Assembly: GCF_006345805.1 (NCBI RefSeq)
Contig: NC_042998.1
Coordinates: 84,010,001-84,074,000, forward strand
Length of the DNA: 64,000 nucleotides
Reading direction: 5' to 3'
From: Octopus sinensis
Taxonomy: Eukaryota
The notes below the pieces were generated by a model. That model saw only the letters and a program-made list of their open reading frames with translations. It did no database searches and was not told where the DNA came from. This document shows, piece by piece, positions 1 to 11,350 of the stretch (positions within the stretch are counted from its first letter, which is position 1; each line of letters starts with the position of its first letter). The translations under genes were made by a program, and so were the position numbers.

Positions 1-473
1 TAGATAGATATAAAGGACCTCCGCCGTTCGAGACTGACCAGTCATCTACATAAGAATGCATTAGCTAAGGCAAGTCTCCCCTCTTTACACACACACCACC
101 ACCACCACCGTTTATCCAAAAGAAAAACTGCTGGTTTGCGCAGATATAGCTCGGCAACAGTGTTGCCGCGGGCGCTGCTCTCAGAACGCAAGGGGCCGGA
201 ATAGCTATTTCAAGGCATTTTTCTCGATCCTCAAACAGTTTCGCCAAACCCCCGTCTTAGACTGCTCATTTATACTTTATCGACTCACAAAGAATGAAAG
301 GCATAATTTAAGCATGAGTTTGTAAAAAAACTTTAACTAAGCCAAAACTATTCCGAGACCGTTTAAGTGAGAGGGAGCTAGTGCTAGTGTTTTCTAAAGC
401 ACCGGGTTAAGTTAAGCGTTGACATCTCAATAACGGCAAGAAAGGAACATTTCCGTAGCAATATTTTCAAATC

Positions 474-680
474 ATGGAAGTTGGCGAGCTGGCAGAATCG
501 TTGGCACGCCGGGTATAATGTTTAACGGCATTTTGTCCATTTTTACGTTCTGAGTTCAAATTCCGCCGAAGCCGACTTTGCATTTCATCCTTTCGGGGTC
601 GATAAAATAAGTACCAGTTGAGCACTGTGGTCGATGTAATTGAACTTGTTGGCTTTGCGCCAAAATTTAAAACCAATATT
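474..680 (+). mobile_element. tRNA-derived SINE, family A (head GGCGAGCTGGCAGAATCG; central CCTTTCATCCTTTCGGGGTCGATAAAATAAGTACC domain)
   Basis: Pol III A/B-box-like head (TGGCAGAATCG / GAGTTCAAATTCC). The same sequence recurs more than 15 times in the window on both strands. Confidence 0.85.
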
Positions 681-1130
681 TTCACAATCATGCGATACCC
701 AGTTGTAGGGGCACTGATGCATTTATTTCCCCTATTTCGTTTCCTTTTCTGTGCCCCTCATCTTTGTACCATGTTAATCGATATCTGAAAGGAAAACGCT
801 GACTTCGAGTAAGTTCCAGGAGATTGCAGTTCTGGACAGAAGGAAATTCCAGGAGAGATGTGTATGTGACTTGTTAGTGAGATACAGAGAGGGAAACAAG
901 AATAAGGAAGATTACTGCATCAAGTAATACACAGCTTCCTTGTGGCACAGGAACCTTTTTAGTAGAGTTAAAACAGAGTCAACTAGAGACACACCACGAT
1001 GACGTGATTTAGTGCCACAAAAATTTCAATGAACCAAACAGCTGTTTGTAAGTCGAAATATTTAATAATTGCAATAATAATTGTAATCTTTCCAATTATA
1101 AACTGCTAGAAAAGAAATCGATCGTAATCT

Positions 1131-1211
1131 CGGAATACATACATACATACATACATACATACATACATACATACATACATACATACATACATACATACAT
1201 ACATACATACA
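1131..1211 (+). repeat. (TACA)n microsatellite
   Basis: Direct tandem repeat. Confidence 0.95.
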
Positions 1212-1361
1212 AGCTTGCTTTCCAACCACATGGTTTGGGGTTCAGTCCTACTACGTGACCACCTTGGTTCAGTGTCTTCTACTATAGCCTCGGGCCGACT
1301 AAAGCCTTGTGACTAGATTTTGTTGATGGAAACTGAAAGAAGCCCATCGTATATATATATA

Positions 1362-1497
<136 letters not shown>

Positions 1498-1683
1498 AAT
1501 ATCAAATATTCTATAATTATAAACATAATTATAATCAGGGGTCAGCTGATTGCTTCATCACGCACCGAATTTAGAAATAGGAGTTAAAATGCCTTTTCTG
1601 CTACCATAGAGATATCCCAGACAGTAACAGACTTTTTTACGTAGGCAAAAAGAACAAATAACGAATCCACACGACTCAGATGA

Positions 1684-1751
1684 GCTAAATACGCGTTTCG
1701 AGATTAAAGTAAAGTAATATTTACTTACTTATTTCCCATCTTCAGTGCAGC
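1684..1751 (-). ncRNA. Type-I hammerhead ribozyme motif with long stem II
   Basis: Minus strand: gctgca-CTGAAGA-T-GGGA[aataagtaagtaaatattactttactttaa]TCTC-GAAA-C-GC-GT-A-tttagc. Core, stem II and palindromic ACGCGT stem III are present with a GUA triplet; stem I has one mismatch. Confidence 0.65.
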
Positions 1752-1987
1752 ATTACAAGATATAAATTTGAGAGTGTTAGAATTAAATATGTACGCGATC
1801 AAGCGTCGTCGCATAACAGATATTCAAGCAACACTTTCAAAAATATACAGCCGAATGCGAACACGTATTTATCCTGAATACCCACGTGTGTTTTACTAGT
1901 AATCCCGCAGAAACTGCAGTTTTCGAACAGGGAGTAAGTTATATTTCAATGATAATAATGTGTGTGAGTATGTGTGTGTGTGTGTGT

Positions 1988-2029
<42 letters not shown>

Positions 2030-2248
2030 TTGTGATTGTCCTCCACCACCGCTTGAGAACCTATGTTCGTGCGTTTACGTTCCCGTAATTTAGCGGTTCG
2101 ACAAAAGAGATTATAGCATAAGTACCAGGCTTTGAAATATAAGTACTGGGATCGAATAATGCGACTACAAATTCGTCAAGGAGGTGCCCCAGCATGGCCG
2201 CAATCTAATGACTGAAACGAGTGAAAAGATTATTTAAAGTTAAAGATA

Positions 2249-2407
2249 GGCGCAGGCGTGGCTGTGTAGTAAGAAGCTTGCTTCCCAACCACATGGTTCC
2301 GTGTTCAGTCCCACTGCGTAGCACGTTGAGCAAGTATCTTCTATAGCCTCGGGCCGACTAAAGCCTTGTGAGTGGATTTGGTAGACGGAAACTGAAAGAA
2401 GCCCGTC

Positions 2408-2444
<37 letters not shown>

Positions 2445-2625
2445 TGTGTGTCTGTGTTTGTCCCCCATCATCTTGACAACCAATGTTGGTGTGTTTATGT
2501 CCCTGTAACAGTGGCTCGGCAAGAGAGACCGATAGAATAAGTACTAGGCTTACAAAGAATAAGTCGATATGTTCGACTAAAGGCGGTGGTCCAGCATGGC
2601 CACAGTCAAATGACTAAAAACAATA
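2249..2625 (+). mobile_element. Composite SINE family B (tRNA head + central TA/TG microsatellite + CR1-type tail), full length
   Basis: GGCGCAGGCGTGGCTGTGTAG head, GTTCAGTCCC B-box, internal (TA)n and ...GGCGGTGGTCCAGCATGGCCACAG tail. Many copies in the window. Confidence 0.9.
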
Positions 2626-2626
2626 A

Positions 2627-2753
<127 letters not shown>

Positions 2754-2964
2754 AGAGAGAGGTGGGGTATAGGACTAAGTCACGTTTATCGATTAGTGTT
2801 TGGACAAGTCCGAAAAGAGTATAAAACGCGAAAGATGAACTAATTTATTAACCCAGAAATTTACATCGTTAACATTTTGAAATAACTGTACTGTTTCCCT
2901 CCTCCGCTCTTTGTTTCTGGTCCAACTTTCATCTCCAGAGTCTTTACGATCCTATACAAATTCA

Positions 2965-3033
<69 letters not shown>

Positions 3034-3622
3034 GCACGCACACACACGTCTCTATTTTGACATTTTGTGCAGCTGTTCCAGTTGTTAACACTTTCATGTG
3101 GTTTCCATGCAACAAGCCTGCCATATGATCAAACTATTTGAAACTCCTTCAAAGAAATGACTCTAGAGGAGACTCTTATTTTAAGTTTCACGAAAATTAA
3201 TTGATGGGAAATAGAACTGCATTGAGAATAAGACAACAGTTTATCCAAGATTAAGGTTATATTACCAGAACAGCTAGAATTGACATAAGTAGTAAAACGT
3301 GCACTGCCTATCTGAATTTGATGAAGTTGATTTGATCTTTCAATATAGTGATAGTGAGAGCAGCAACCTGGCAGAATCGTTAGCACATCGGGTAAAATGC
3401 TTAGCGGAATTTCATCCGTCTTTACGTTCTGAGTTCAAATTCCACCGAGGTTGACTTTGCCTTTCATCATTTCAGGATCAATAAAATAAGTTTCATTTAA
3501 CATTATTTACATTATTTACATTTGACGGATATTTAAGTAATTGACTCAATGTAACCGACTTAATCCCTTCCCTGAACTTGCTGGCCTTGCGCCAAAATTT
3601 GAAACTAATACGATGATGGTGA

Positions 3623-3856
3623 GGGCGGCGAGCTGGCAGAATCGTTAGCGCGCTGGGCGAAATGCTTAGCGGTATTTAGTCTGCCGTTACGTTCTGAGTT
3701 CAAATTCCGCCGAGGTCGACTTTGCCTTTCATCCTTTCGGGGTCGATTAAATAAGTACCAGTTACACACTGGGGTCGATGTAATCGACTTAATCACTTTG
3801 TCTGTCCTTGTTTGTCTCCTCTATGTTTAGCCCTATGTGGGCAATAAAGAAATAAA
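3623..3856 (+). mobile_element. SINE family A variant with a different 3' tail (TTTGTCTGTCCTTGTTTG...GCAATAAAGAAATAA)
   Basis: Family A head and central domain followed by a tail not seen in most other copies. Confidence 0.8.
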
Positions 3857-4829
3857 TATAGTGATGGTGAAGGTGTGTGGCCTAATGATCACAGTATTCG
3901 GTTCGTGATCATAAGACCGTGGGTTCAATTCCTGGACCGGGTGACGCATTATCTACTTAAGCAAAATACTTAGTCTCAAGTTGTCCCTGTATATGAATAC
4001 CAACAGAGGTTAATGCAGTCCTCACTCACCATCCAGCTGGTAAATACATACATAAAATGTAAGCACACATACATATTAACATACATACGTATGTACGTAC
4101 ACACATACAGACAGGCAGACAGACAGTCAGACCGACCGACAGACAGTGGTATATTATGTAATATTGACTTTAGTTTTCCTTGTCCATATATTAAAGTGAA
4201 GTGGGCGTTATTCCTCTGTGTCCTAATATGATGTGTGGCTTTCGTCTTCATTACACAAAAGCCATACATTTTAGAGAAACGTGAAGGAGAATGTGTGACG
4301 CCTCTGTATTTCAGAATTATATTAAATGCGATTACATTACTAATACATTAGCGGTCAGGTTCCAGGCAACAGTCTGATAGAATCGGTTAGAATAATGGAC
4401 AAAATAATTAAATAATTTATAGTATTTAGTAAAGTCGGATTAAATGTTGTGAATTCAAAACCTCACCAGAGTCAACTTTGCCATTTATTCTGATAGGTCG
4501 ACCCTAACATTCTTCACGCAGCTGGATGTTCTACGGGATCAAGAATGACGGTTTTGAGAGGATATCGATGTCTGTCTGTGGTTCATAAGTATCTTAAATA
4601 GTTATCGAAAGCATGGTAAATACTACCAAGCCATATCCTCTTGAGAGTGAAGGCTGGTTTTACTTAAGTTCTGCCGTTTCGGCCGTCTTACCTCTTCTAC
4701 AAATACGTACAGACGAAATAACAAAGTAAAGAAAATACGGTGGAATAAAAAAACATCGTAAACTTCATGGCTTCCATAAACTTTAAAGGAAATAATAATA
4801 AGAATAATAATAATAATAATAATAATAAT

Positions 4830-4860
<31 letters not shown>

Positions 4861-4939
4861 GAAAAATTATTATTTATAAATCTATGAATGAGAAACATTC
4901 AGTAACAGTATTCTAGAGTAAACATTATTTGCCAACACA

Positions 4940-5083
4940 ATGTGGCACTCCTGGTTAGGACGAATGTTATTGTTACTTAGCCCCAGGAAACATCGTCTCC
5001 AGCTGTGTGTCGATAGGTAACTAGAGATGATGTCTCCTGGGGCTAAATAACAGTAACATTCGTCCTAACCAGGACTGCCACAT
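4940..5083. mobile_element. Fold-back (palindromic) element, same family as 26704-26980
   Basis: ~64-bp inverted arms (atgtggcactcctggttaggacgaatg... / ...cattcgtcctaaccaggactgccacat) with a ~14-nt loop. Confidence 0.85.
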
Positions 5084-5319
5084 AATAATAATAATAGTGT
5101 TTTCTAACTTTACCACACGACCAAAAATATTGACTCTACCTGAATACTTAACTGGTTTATATTTTATTGATTCTGGGGTGATGGATCAAAGTGTGGCATG
5201 GAAAAACTGAATAACAGCTTTGGTGATAGTTTATTTATATATATATATTAATAATAATGATGATATAACAACAAAAGAATGAATGAGACCTCGATATTAT
5301 GTAAATAGAGGAATTTATC

Positions 5320-5520
5320 TATAATATAATATGTGACAATTAGTCGGGTTCCATAATGAAACTCAGAGTTTCGGATATCGGGACGGAATTCTGCTCCGGC
5401 AGTTATTACGACAAACAAAGATGACCTGACGAGATGCCGGACAGAATTCCACTCCGACATCCGAAACTCTGAGTTTTATTATAGCTACTGACTAATTGTC
5501 ACATATCATATTATATTATA
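5320..5520. mobile_element. Fold-back element with a degenerate hammerhead-like core
   Basis: ~80-bp inverted arms. CTGACGA at 5426-5432 is followed by a GATG..CATC stem and GAAAC-TCTGA-GT at 5463-5474. Confidence 0.75.
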
Positions 5521-5550
5521 TTATATTATATTATATTATATTATATTATA

Positions 5551-6060
5551 TCTATATATATAAAACTGTAGTTGTGTGAGTCTGTCCCCTTCGATTTAGA
5601 TTCCTAACTACTCCCACATTTTGCGGTGCAGTTTAACCAAATTCGGGTATCTTATAGTCGTGATTCATATCGAGCCCGTCTGAGTATTAGCGCGCGTCTA
5701 CGATGAGTCTACGATTTTAAAAATAATTTAACATCATTTTTATTCCATTTTAATGCATAATTTTTCGTGTGTCGATGGCGGCGGAGTTGGCGTCCATGGT
5801 CACACCTGCACCTGTTTGCTTCTCCCCCTTCTTCCCTCCCTCGTGAAGCTGTGGGGAAGGGAGTGTAAGGAAATCAACGTCGTAAAGCGTTGTCAAGGAG
5901 ACCAGCGTTCTTTTAGAACAACGACTTCATGGCTTGAAGACACCAAAAAAGAAATGGCTAAGAAAGCCCGAATTGGCATCTATAAGGGAAGTAACTCTCT
6001 AAAAATGCTTATATAGTTATTTCCCTTACAAACCCGAGCAACGCCGGGCGATACTGCTAG
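5551..6060 (+). mobile_element. Non-autonomous Helitron
   Basis: 5' TC start (TCTATATATATAAAA), 3' GC-rich hairpin CCCGAGCAACGCCGGG, terminal CTAG, inserted between A and T. These are canonical Helitron termini. Confidence 0.85.
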
Positions 6061-6374
6061 TTATATGTATGTATATATATATATATATATATTTCGCTCT
6101 TATACGCCATTTGGTCTCAACTCTCCCCCCCCCCCTCCTCATCTAACCCCTCCCCCCTCCTCACCTATCCTTCCCTCCCCCCGACCCCTACTTCTTCAGT
6201 CCTTCATCCTTTCACCCCTACTCCCCTTCCCTTCTTCCCTCTTTCTCCCTCCCTCCTTCCCTCTTCCCCTTCCCTCTGCTCCCTCACTCCCCTTCTCTCT
6301 CCCCCTCTCCCTCTTTCCTCCTTCCTCCCCCACCTCCTCCCCTTCCTTCTCCCCCTCCTCTCTCTCCCCATCAT

Positions 6375-6631
6375 ATATGATGTGCCATACTAATACATAC
6401 ACCAACTAATACACACTAATACGTACTAATACATACTAATACATACTAATACATACACCAACCCTATACATACACACGTCCAGACCCCTCATACGCATTT
6501 ATACTCTCTCATACACACACACACACACTTATACATACTAATACGTACTAATACATACTAATACATACTAATACATACACCAACCCCATACATACGCACG
6601 TCCAGACCTATCCTACGCACTAATACTCTCT

Positions 6632-6672
<41 letters not shown>

Positions 6673-6740
6673 ATACATACTAATACATACTAATACATAC
6701 ACCAACCCTATACATACACACGTCCAGACCTCTCCTACGC
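6375..6740 (+). repeat. Compound minisatellite: ~3 copies of a 120-140 bp unit built from ACTAATAC and CA repeats, next to a CT-rich tract (6120-6370)
   Basis: Recurrent atacatacaccaaccctatacatacacacgtccagacc motif at about 6450, 6570 and 6695. Confidence 0.85.
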
Positions 6741-6915
6741 CTTAATAGCTGGTCATTCAACCTTATTATCAACCCTATTATCTCCCCTTATTTCGCTCTC
6801 GCGTCTCATGTTTGATCTTTGACCTCTGGCCGAAATCAGATCGCCATGTTGATTCGTTAGTTACTGCACGCATTTTTTTCTCTCCTTCTTTCTGTGTTTT
6901 TTTTCTCTCTGTGTA

Positions 6916-6953
6916 TCTTTCTGTTGAAGAGCGTAGGCTCGAAACGTTAAAGA
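6916..6953 (+). ncRNA. Minimal hammerhead-like motif (A6 variant) in a Penelope pLTR-like repeat (~6740-7050)
   Basis: tcttt-CTGTTGA-A-GAGC(GTAG)GCTC-GAAAC-GT-T-aaaga. A near-identical motif lies at 61110-61143 on the minus strand within homologous flanks. Confidence 0.55.
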
Positions 6954-7050
6954 CTTGTTTTATTTATATTTCCTGAGCGCCATACTAATACAATTGTTTG
7001 TTTGTTTTCCACCTGCCTTCGTCTTTTGTCTATTTTCATAAAGCTTCCCG

Positions 7051-7090
<40 letters not shown>

Positions 7091-7489
7091 GGATAAGTTT
7101 TATCATTTTAATTCACATTGTATTTCCTTAGACTATAAAGCACATTATAAATGTCAAAAGAAGGAAAATAAGCAACACCTTCTAAACCCATTTCGATTAT
7201 ATGTAAAGGTTTTGATTTAACGGCAGGTTTTCAAAAGAATTTTTCGAAATTCCTGGCTTGTGTTTACTATAACATAATATTTTCAAATATGCCGACTTAC
7301 ACTGTGGAATTTCCACAGGTCCTGCTAGAAGAACATAAATGAATGGAAAACGTTTCGGTCTGCTCGCTACCGTTCTTTTGACTTAGTCAGGTATGTTTCT
7401 AGGAATAATAAGCATGATTTCTTACATAAACACAAAGCTTCAAATTTTAGGGATGGTTTTAGTATTTGACTGCAGAATACATGGAGTAG

Positions 7490-8230
7490 CAATAGAAACA
7501 ATGTTGTCTAGCTCTCCAATTGTAGCCATGAAAGAACACATCTACAAACATGATAGAGTCGGGACTTCCATACACCGAATGTTATGCCAGCATTATGAAA
7601 TACCAACAGAAGGACAGTTTTAAAAGTATTATAGGCCCAAGACAAAGTCATGCACGGAGGCTCCCAACATACACAACCACAACATAAATCGATTAACATT
7701 GGGTCGCTAAATCAGTGGGATCACCGGGCATCTACCCTGAGTACCCATACCTTAGGATGGCACTGAATGTAAGCAATATATAAGCATGAATCAAAATCGT
7801 TCTCAGAGAATTAAAGCGAATCATAACAACGGGATAAGCTAATCATGCAGACAAGAAGGTTGGAGCTAATCAACCAGATATTGTCGTCCATGAAAAGAAA
7901 TGCCTCCTAACTGAAATATCAATTCCAAAAGATGGTAATTTATCTCTCAAAGAGATGCAGAGATTAACTATGATATGTAATAAAAGAAATATAAGATATA
8001 TCAGAATTAAAAGAACCAGACTAGAGATCGTAAACACAAACAATCTCTGGGAAATGATAGAGAAAAAAACTCAGGACATACAAATAATAGCATTATTCGT
8101 ACCGCATTATATTACAAAGAATACTTTTAATGCAAAAGAAAATACAAAACTAATACAGAACGACACTGCGGGAAACCGAGGCACACGGAACTGGGATCGG
8201 CAGTGGAATGAAAGCACAACGCCTTGCTTA

Positions 8231-8233
<3 letters not shown>
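7490..8233 (+). mobile_element. Old R4/Dong-type non-LTR retrotransposon 3' fragment
   Basis: Degraded HDRVG..IH..LC.HY, ANQPDIVV and EISIPKDGNL..KE motifs of the restriction-like endonuclease region. Ends at an (AAT)n tract. Confidence 0.7.
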
Positions 8234-8308
<75 letters not shown>

Positions 8309-8310
<2 letters not shown>

Positions 8311-9024
8311 GGACCACCTAATCTCTGGATGTAAAGTCTTAGCACCAGTGGAGTATAAATTAAGACATGACAGAGTTGGCCAATATCTCCACTGGCTAAT
8401 AAGTCGGCATTACAATATCAAAACTGCCGACAAGTGGTATAATCACCACCCTGAGGCTGTAACTGAAGGAGAAAATGTAACCATTCTGTGGGACTTTCCA
8501 GTACATACAGACCGAACCATCAAGGCCAATAAACCAGATATTGTTGTGAAAGACCAAAACAATAAAGTTTGCTTATTGATCGACATGAGCATCCCCTGTG
8601 ATCATAATATCTCAGCGAAAGAGTTTGACAAGCTCAGAAAATATAAAGACCTACTCATTGAAATTGAGAAAATGTGGCATCTCAAGGCGGTTACAATACC
8701 AGTGATCGTAGGAGCACTAGGAATGATCAAGAAGGGAACCGAAAATTATATGAGAATGATCCCTGGCTTACCATCCCTGCAAGAAGTGCAAAAGATTGAC
8801 TTAACTGGTACATCACACGTATTGAGAAGAGCATTGTCGATGTGAGAACTGTTGCTGCTCATGTATTTTAATTTAACTTAAAAAATAAAAAAAATAAATA
8901 AAAATGAACGAACTATTGAGTTTGGTTTAATGGCCTACCAATGTATACTATGAATTTCTTTGCCCTAGGAGTCGGGAAGACACTCGGCAAGAAATGGAAG
9001 CAAATTTGAAAGAAGAAAAAAAAA

Positions 9025-9025
<1 letters not shown>
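8309..9025 (+). mobile_element. 5'-truncated R4/Dong LINE with an intact C-terminal CCHC/RLE-region frame (stop 8843-8845) and 3' UTR
   Basis: HLISGC..YKLRHDRVGQYLHW..WDFPVHTDRTIKANKPDIVV..IDMSIPCD..KEFDKLRKY..PVIVGALG. Flanked by (AAT)n on both sides (8234-8310 and 9026-9070). Confidence 0.9.
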
Positions 9026-9069
<44 letters not shown>

Positions 9070-9071
<2 letters not shown>

Positions 9072-9190
9072 TTCAAATTTTGGCCCATGGCCATCAGTTA
9101 CACCGTCCCCAGTGTTCAACTGATATTTATTTTATCGACTTCGAAGGGATGAAAGGCAATGTCGACCTCGACGGAATTTGAACTCAGAAC
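9070..9190 (-). mobile_element. SINE family A, 5'-truncated; its (ATT)n tail is the 9026-9070 tract
   Basis: Reverse complement of the central domain and CCAAAATTTGAAA end. Confidence 0.8.
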
Positions 9191-9194
9191 AAGA

Positions 9195-10110
9195 TGTGTC
9201 AACGAGGCGCACAATCTGGGATGGTACATCAAACAGCAGAGTGAATCCTTACTTGCCGCTGTTAGAATTAACAATACAATACTTACCGAAAATGTGATGC
9301 ACCCACTAACATTTAAGAAACAAGATGAAGAAGAAAAATTAAACAATTGGAAAATGAAATCACTGCATGGGCAATACCTCAGAGAAATCAAAAGAAAAGA
9401 CAAGATAAACACTTGGAGATGGCTAAGAAAAAATGATCTGAAAGGATGCACTGAGGCATTGATATGCAGCGCGCAGGAACAAGCTCTGAGAACTAATTAC
9501 ACCAAGTTCCAAATAGATAAGAGTAGTGAATCACTCCTTTGTTGGATGTGTTGCAGGAGAAACGAAACAATCTGACATATTGGCCTAAAAGCACTTCAAA
9601 AGGAGGCACGATAACATGACTAAGTTCATACACTGGAGGCTACGGGAAAAGTACGGCCTGGACAGAGCATGGAAATAGTACGAACATGAAGCAGAAAGCG
9701 GCACGGAGAACAAAGAATATAAGATAATGTGGGATTTTACAATCCGATGTGATTCCCAAATCGAGGCTCGAAGACCGGATATTGTAGAGGTAGATAAAGG
9801 AAAAACAGGAAGCCAAGATTACAGGTGTTTCAATACCTGGGAATGCACGCATAAGTGACAAAGAACTAGAAAAGATTGAAAAGTACAGTCTACTAAAAGA
9901 CGAAATTACATGAATGTGGACTATGAGGAGAATGTCTGTCATTCCAGTAGTTGTAGGGACACTCGGAGCACTAACAATCTAGTTCGAGAACTATGTCAGA
10001 GAAATCGGAATTGACATGGGAGCAGAGAAAAGCCCAAAAACTGCTCTGCTGGGGACAGTTAGGATTTTGAGATTGGTACTTGGATGTTGAATATCTTCCA
10101 CAACAATTAA
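9195..10110 (+). mobile_element. R4/Dong-type LINE 3' fragment, different subfamily, pseudogenised
   Basis: W..KSLHGQY..WL...DLKGCTEALICSAQEQALRTN..C..C...ETI.H, RRHDN, WDFTI.CD..IEARRPDIV and PVVVGTLG, with in-frame stops. Confidence 0.85.
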
Positions 10111-10115
10111 CAATC

Positions 10116-10515
10116 AGGCGCAGGAGTGGCAGTGTGGTAAGTAGCTTGCTAACCAACCACATGGCTCCGGGTTCAGTCCCACTGCGTGGCATCTTGGGCA
10201 AGTGTCTTCTGCTATAGCCCCGGGCCGACCAATGCCTTGTGAGTGGATTTGGTAGACGGAAACTGAAAGAAGCCTGTCGTATATATGTATATATATATAT
10301 GTGTGTGTGTATGTTTGTGTGTTTGTCCCCCTAGCATTGCTTGACAACCGTTGCTGGTGTGTTTATGTCGTCGTCACTTAGCGGTTCGGCAAAAAGAGAC
10401 CGATAGAATAAGTACTGGGCTTACAAAGAATAAGTCCCGGGGTCGATTTGCTCGACTAAAGGCGGTGCTCCAGCATGGCCGCAGTCAAACCACTGAAACA
10501 AGTAAAAGAGAAAAA
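10116..10515 (+). mobile_element. SINE family B, full length
   Basis: Matches the family consensus from head to the GTAAAAGAG tail. Confidence 0.9.
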
Positions 10516-10696
10516 GAGAAAGAGAATCAAGTATCAAAGCTTATAATGTACGGAGAGAAACTCTGTGAAACGTCTGACAGCAGGCTTCTGTTCGTTCTCA
10601 CAGATTCTACCAGAGCAAACAAGACCGAGTACTCTGAGAAGTAAAACAACAATGATAATAATAATGATAATCATCATCATCATCATTATTATTATA

Positions 10697-11203
10697 TGGG
10701 TTTGTAAGAGCTCTGCAGTCTTGGTTGACAATCTTGCAAGAGATGGTCGATAAAAATACTGGTTGGTGGCTAACCTTAGAACTCAAGCCTCAATATTGAA
10801 TGAAAATGTCTAATACAAGTATATCAAATATTGGTGTGAATGAGGTTAGAACCAAAGGTGAAAGCCTTTCGCTCGGTAGGTGTCCTGTGATTGGGCAGTG
10901 CAGGCCCGGTCGTCATCTAGGGACTGCTTATACTCAAAGTTAGAGGCAGAGGAAAAGGTGGGATAAGGAGACAAACCAAACTGTAATTCAATGCTGGATC
11001 AGGAGTGAAAGGAAATCGAAATAGACTGCCCAGTAGAACTGTTACGAAAGATTTTCCTCTTTGACACAGCAAGAATAACCAGGAAAGTATTAGATAGCTG
11101 AAAGGAACAGATAGCATGGTATCGTGGGGTGCAGGTAGCAAGCCCGCTACGCATGCAAGACTCCAGCTGTTACAACAAAACCTGAGATAAAAAGAATAAA
11201 TAG
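10697..11203 (+). mobile_element. Bipartite (internally deleted) R4/Dong-derived short element
   Basis: 5' UTR plus N-terminal frame from ATG 10806 (..RQRKRWDKETNQTVIQCWIRSE) fused at ~11010 to the C-terminus (KEIEIDCPVELLRKIFLFDTARITRKVLDS*, stop 11099-11101) and 3' UTR. Lies between ATA/ATC and AAT tracts. Confidence 0.65.
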
Positions 11204-11216
11204 TAATAATAATAAT

Positions 11217-11350
11217 TTAGGGACAGTACCAATACCAGGAAACCTCCAAGGCATCAGAACTACAAAAAATATTTCTCATGGATATTGCTCACATCTTCAG
11301 AAAAACATTGTCAACTTGAAGACGTCTGATTCGAAATCAAAATATAAAAA
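11217..11350 (+). mobile_element. Short R4/Dong 3'-end fragment
   Basis: ELQKIFLMDIAHIFRKTLST* resembles the C-terminus of the 8309-9025 copy. Begins at an (AAT)n tract. Confidence 0.55.

Noticed and set aside
4670-4712. Degenerate GTAGA(A/T)GA..CGAAACGGC motifs (also 17-50 and 16785-16815, minus strand)
   Set aside because: Core and cleavage triplet are too altered to call hammerheads without a consensus.
7955-8310. N-terminal half of the 296-aa ORF with a poly-Asn tract
   Set aside because: Chance read-through from an old Dong 3' end across the (AAT)n target into the younger copy; not a real chimeric protein.
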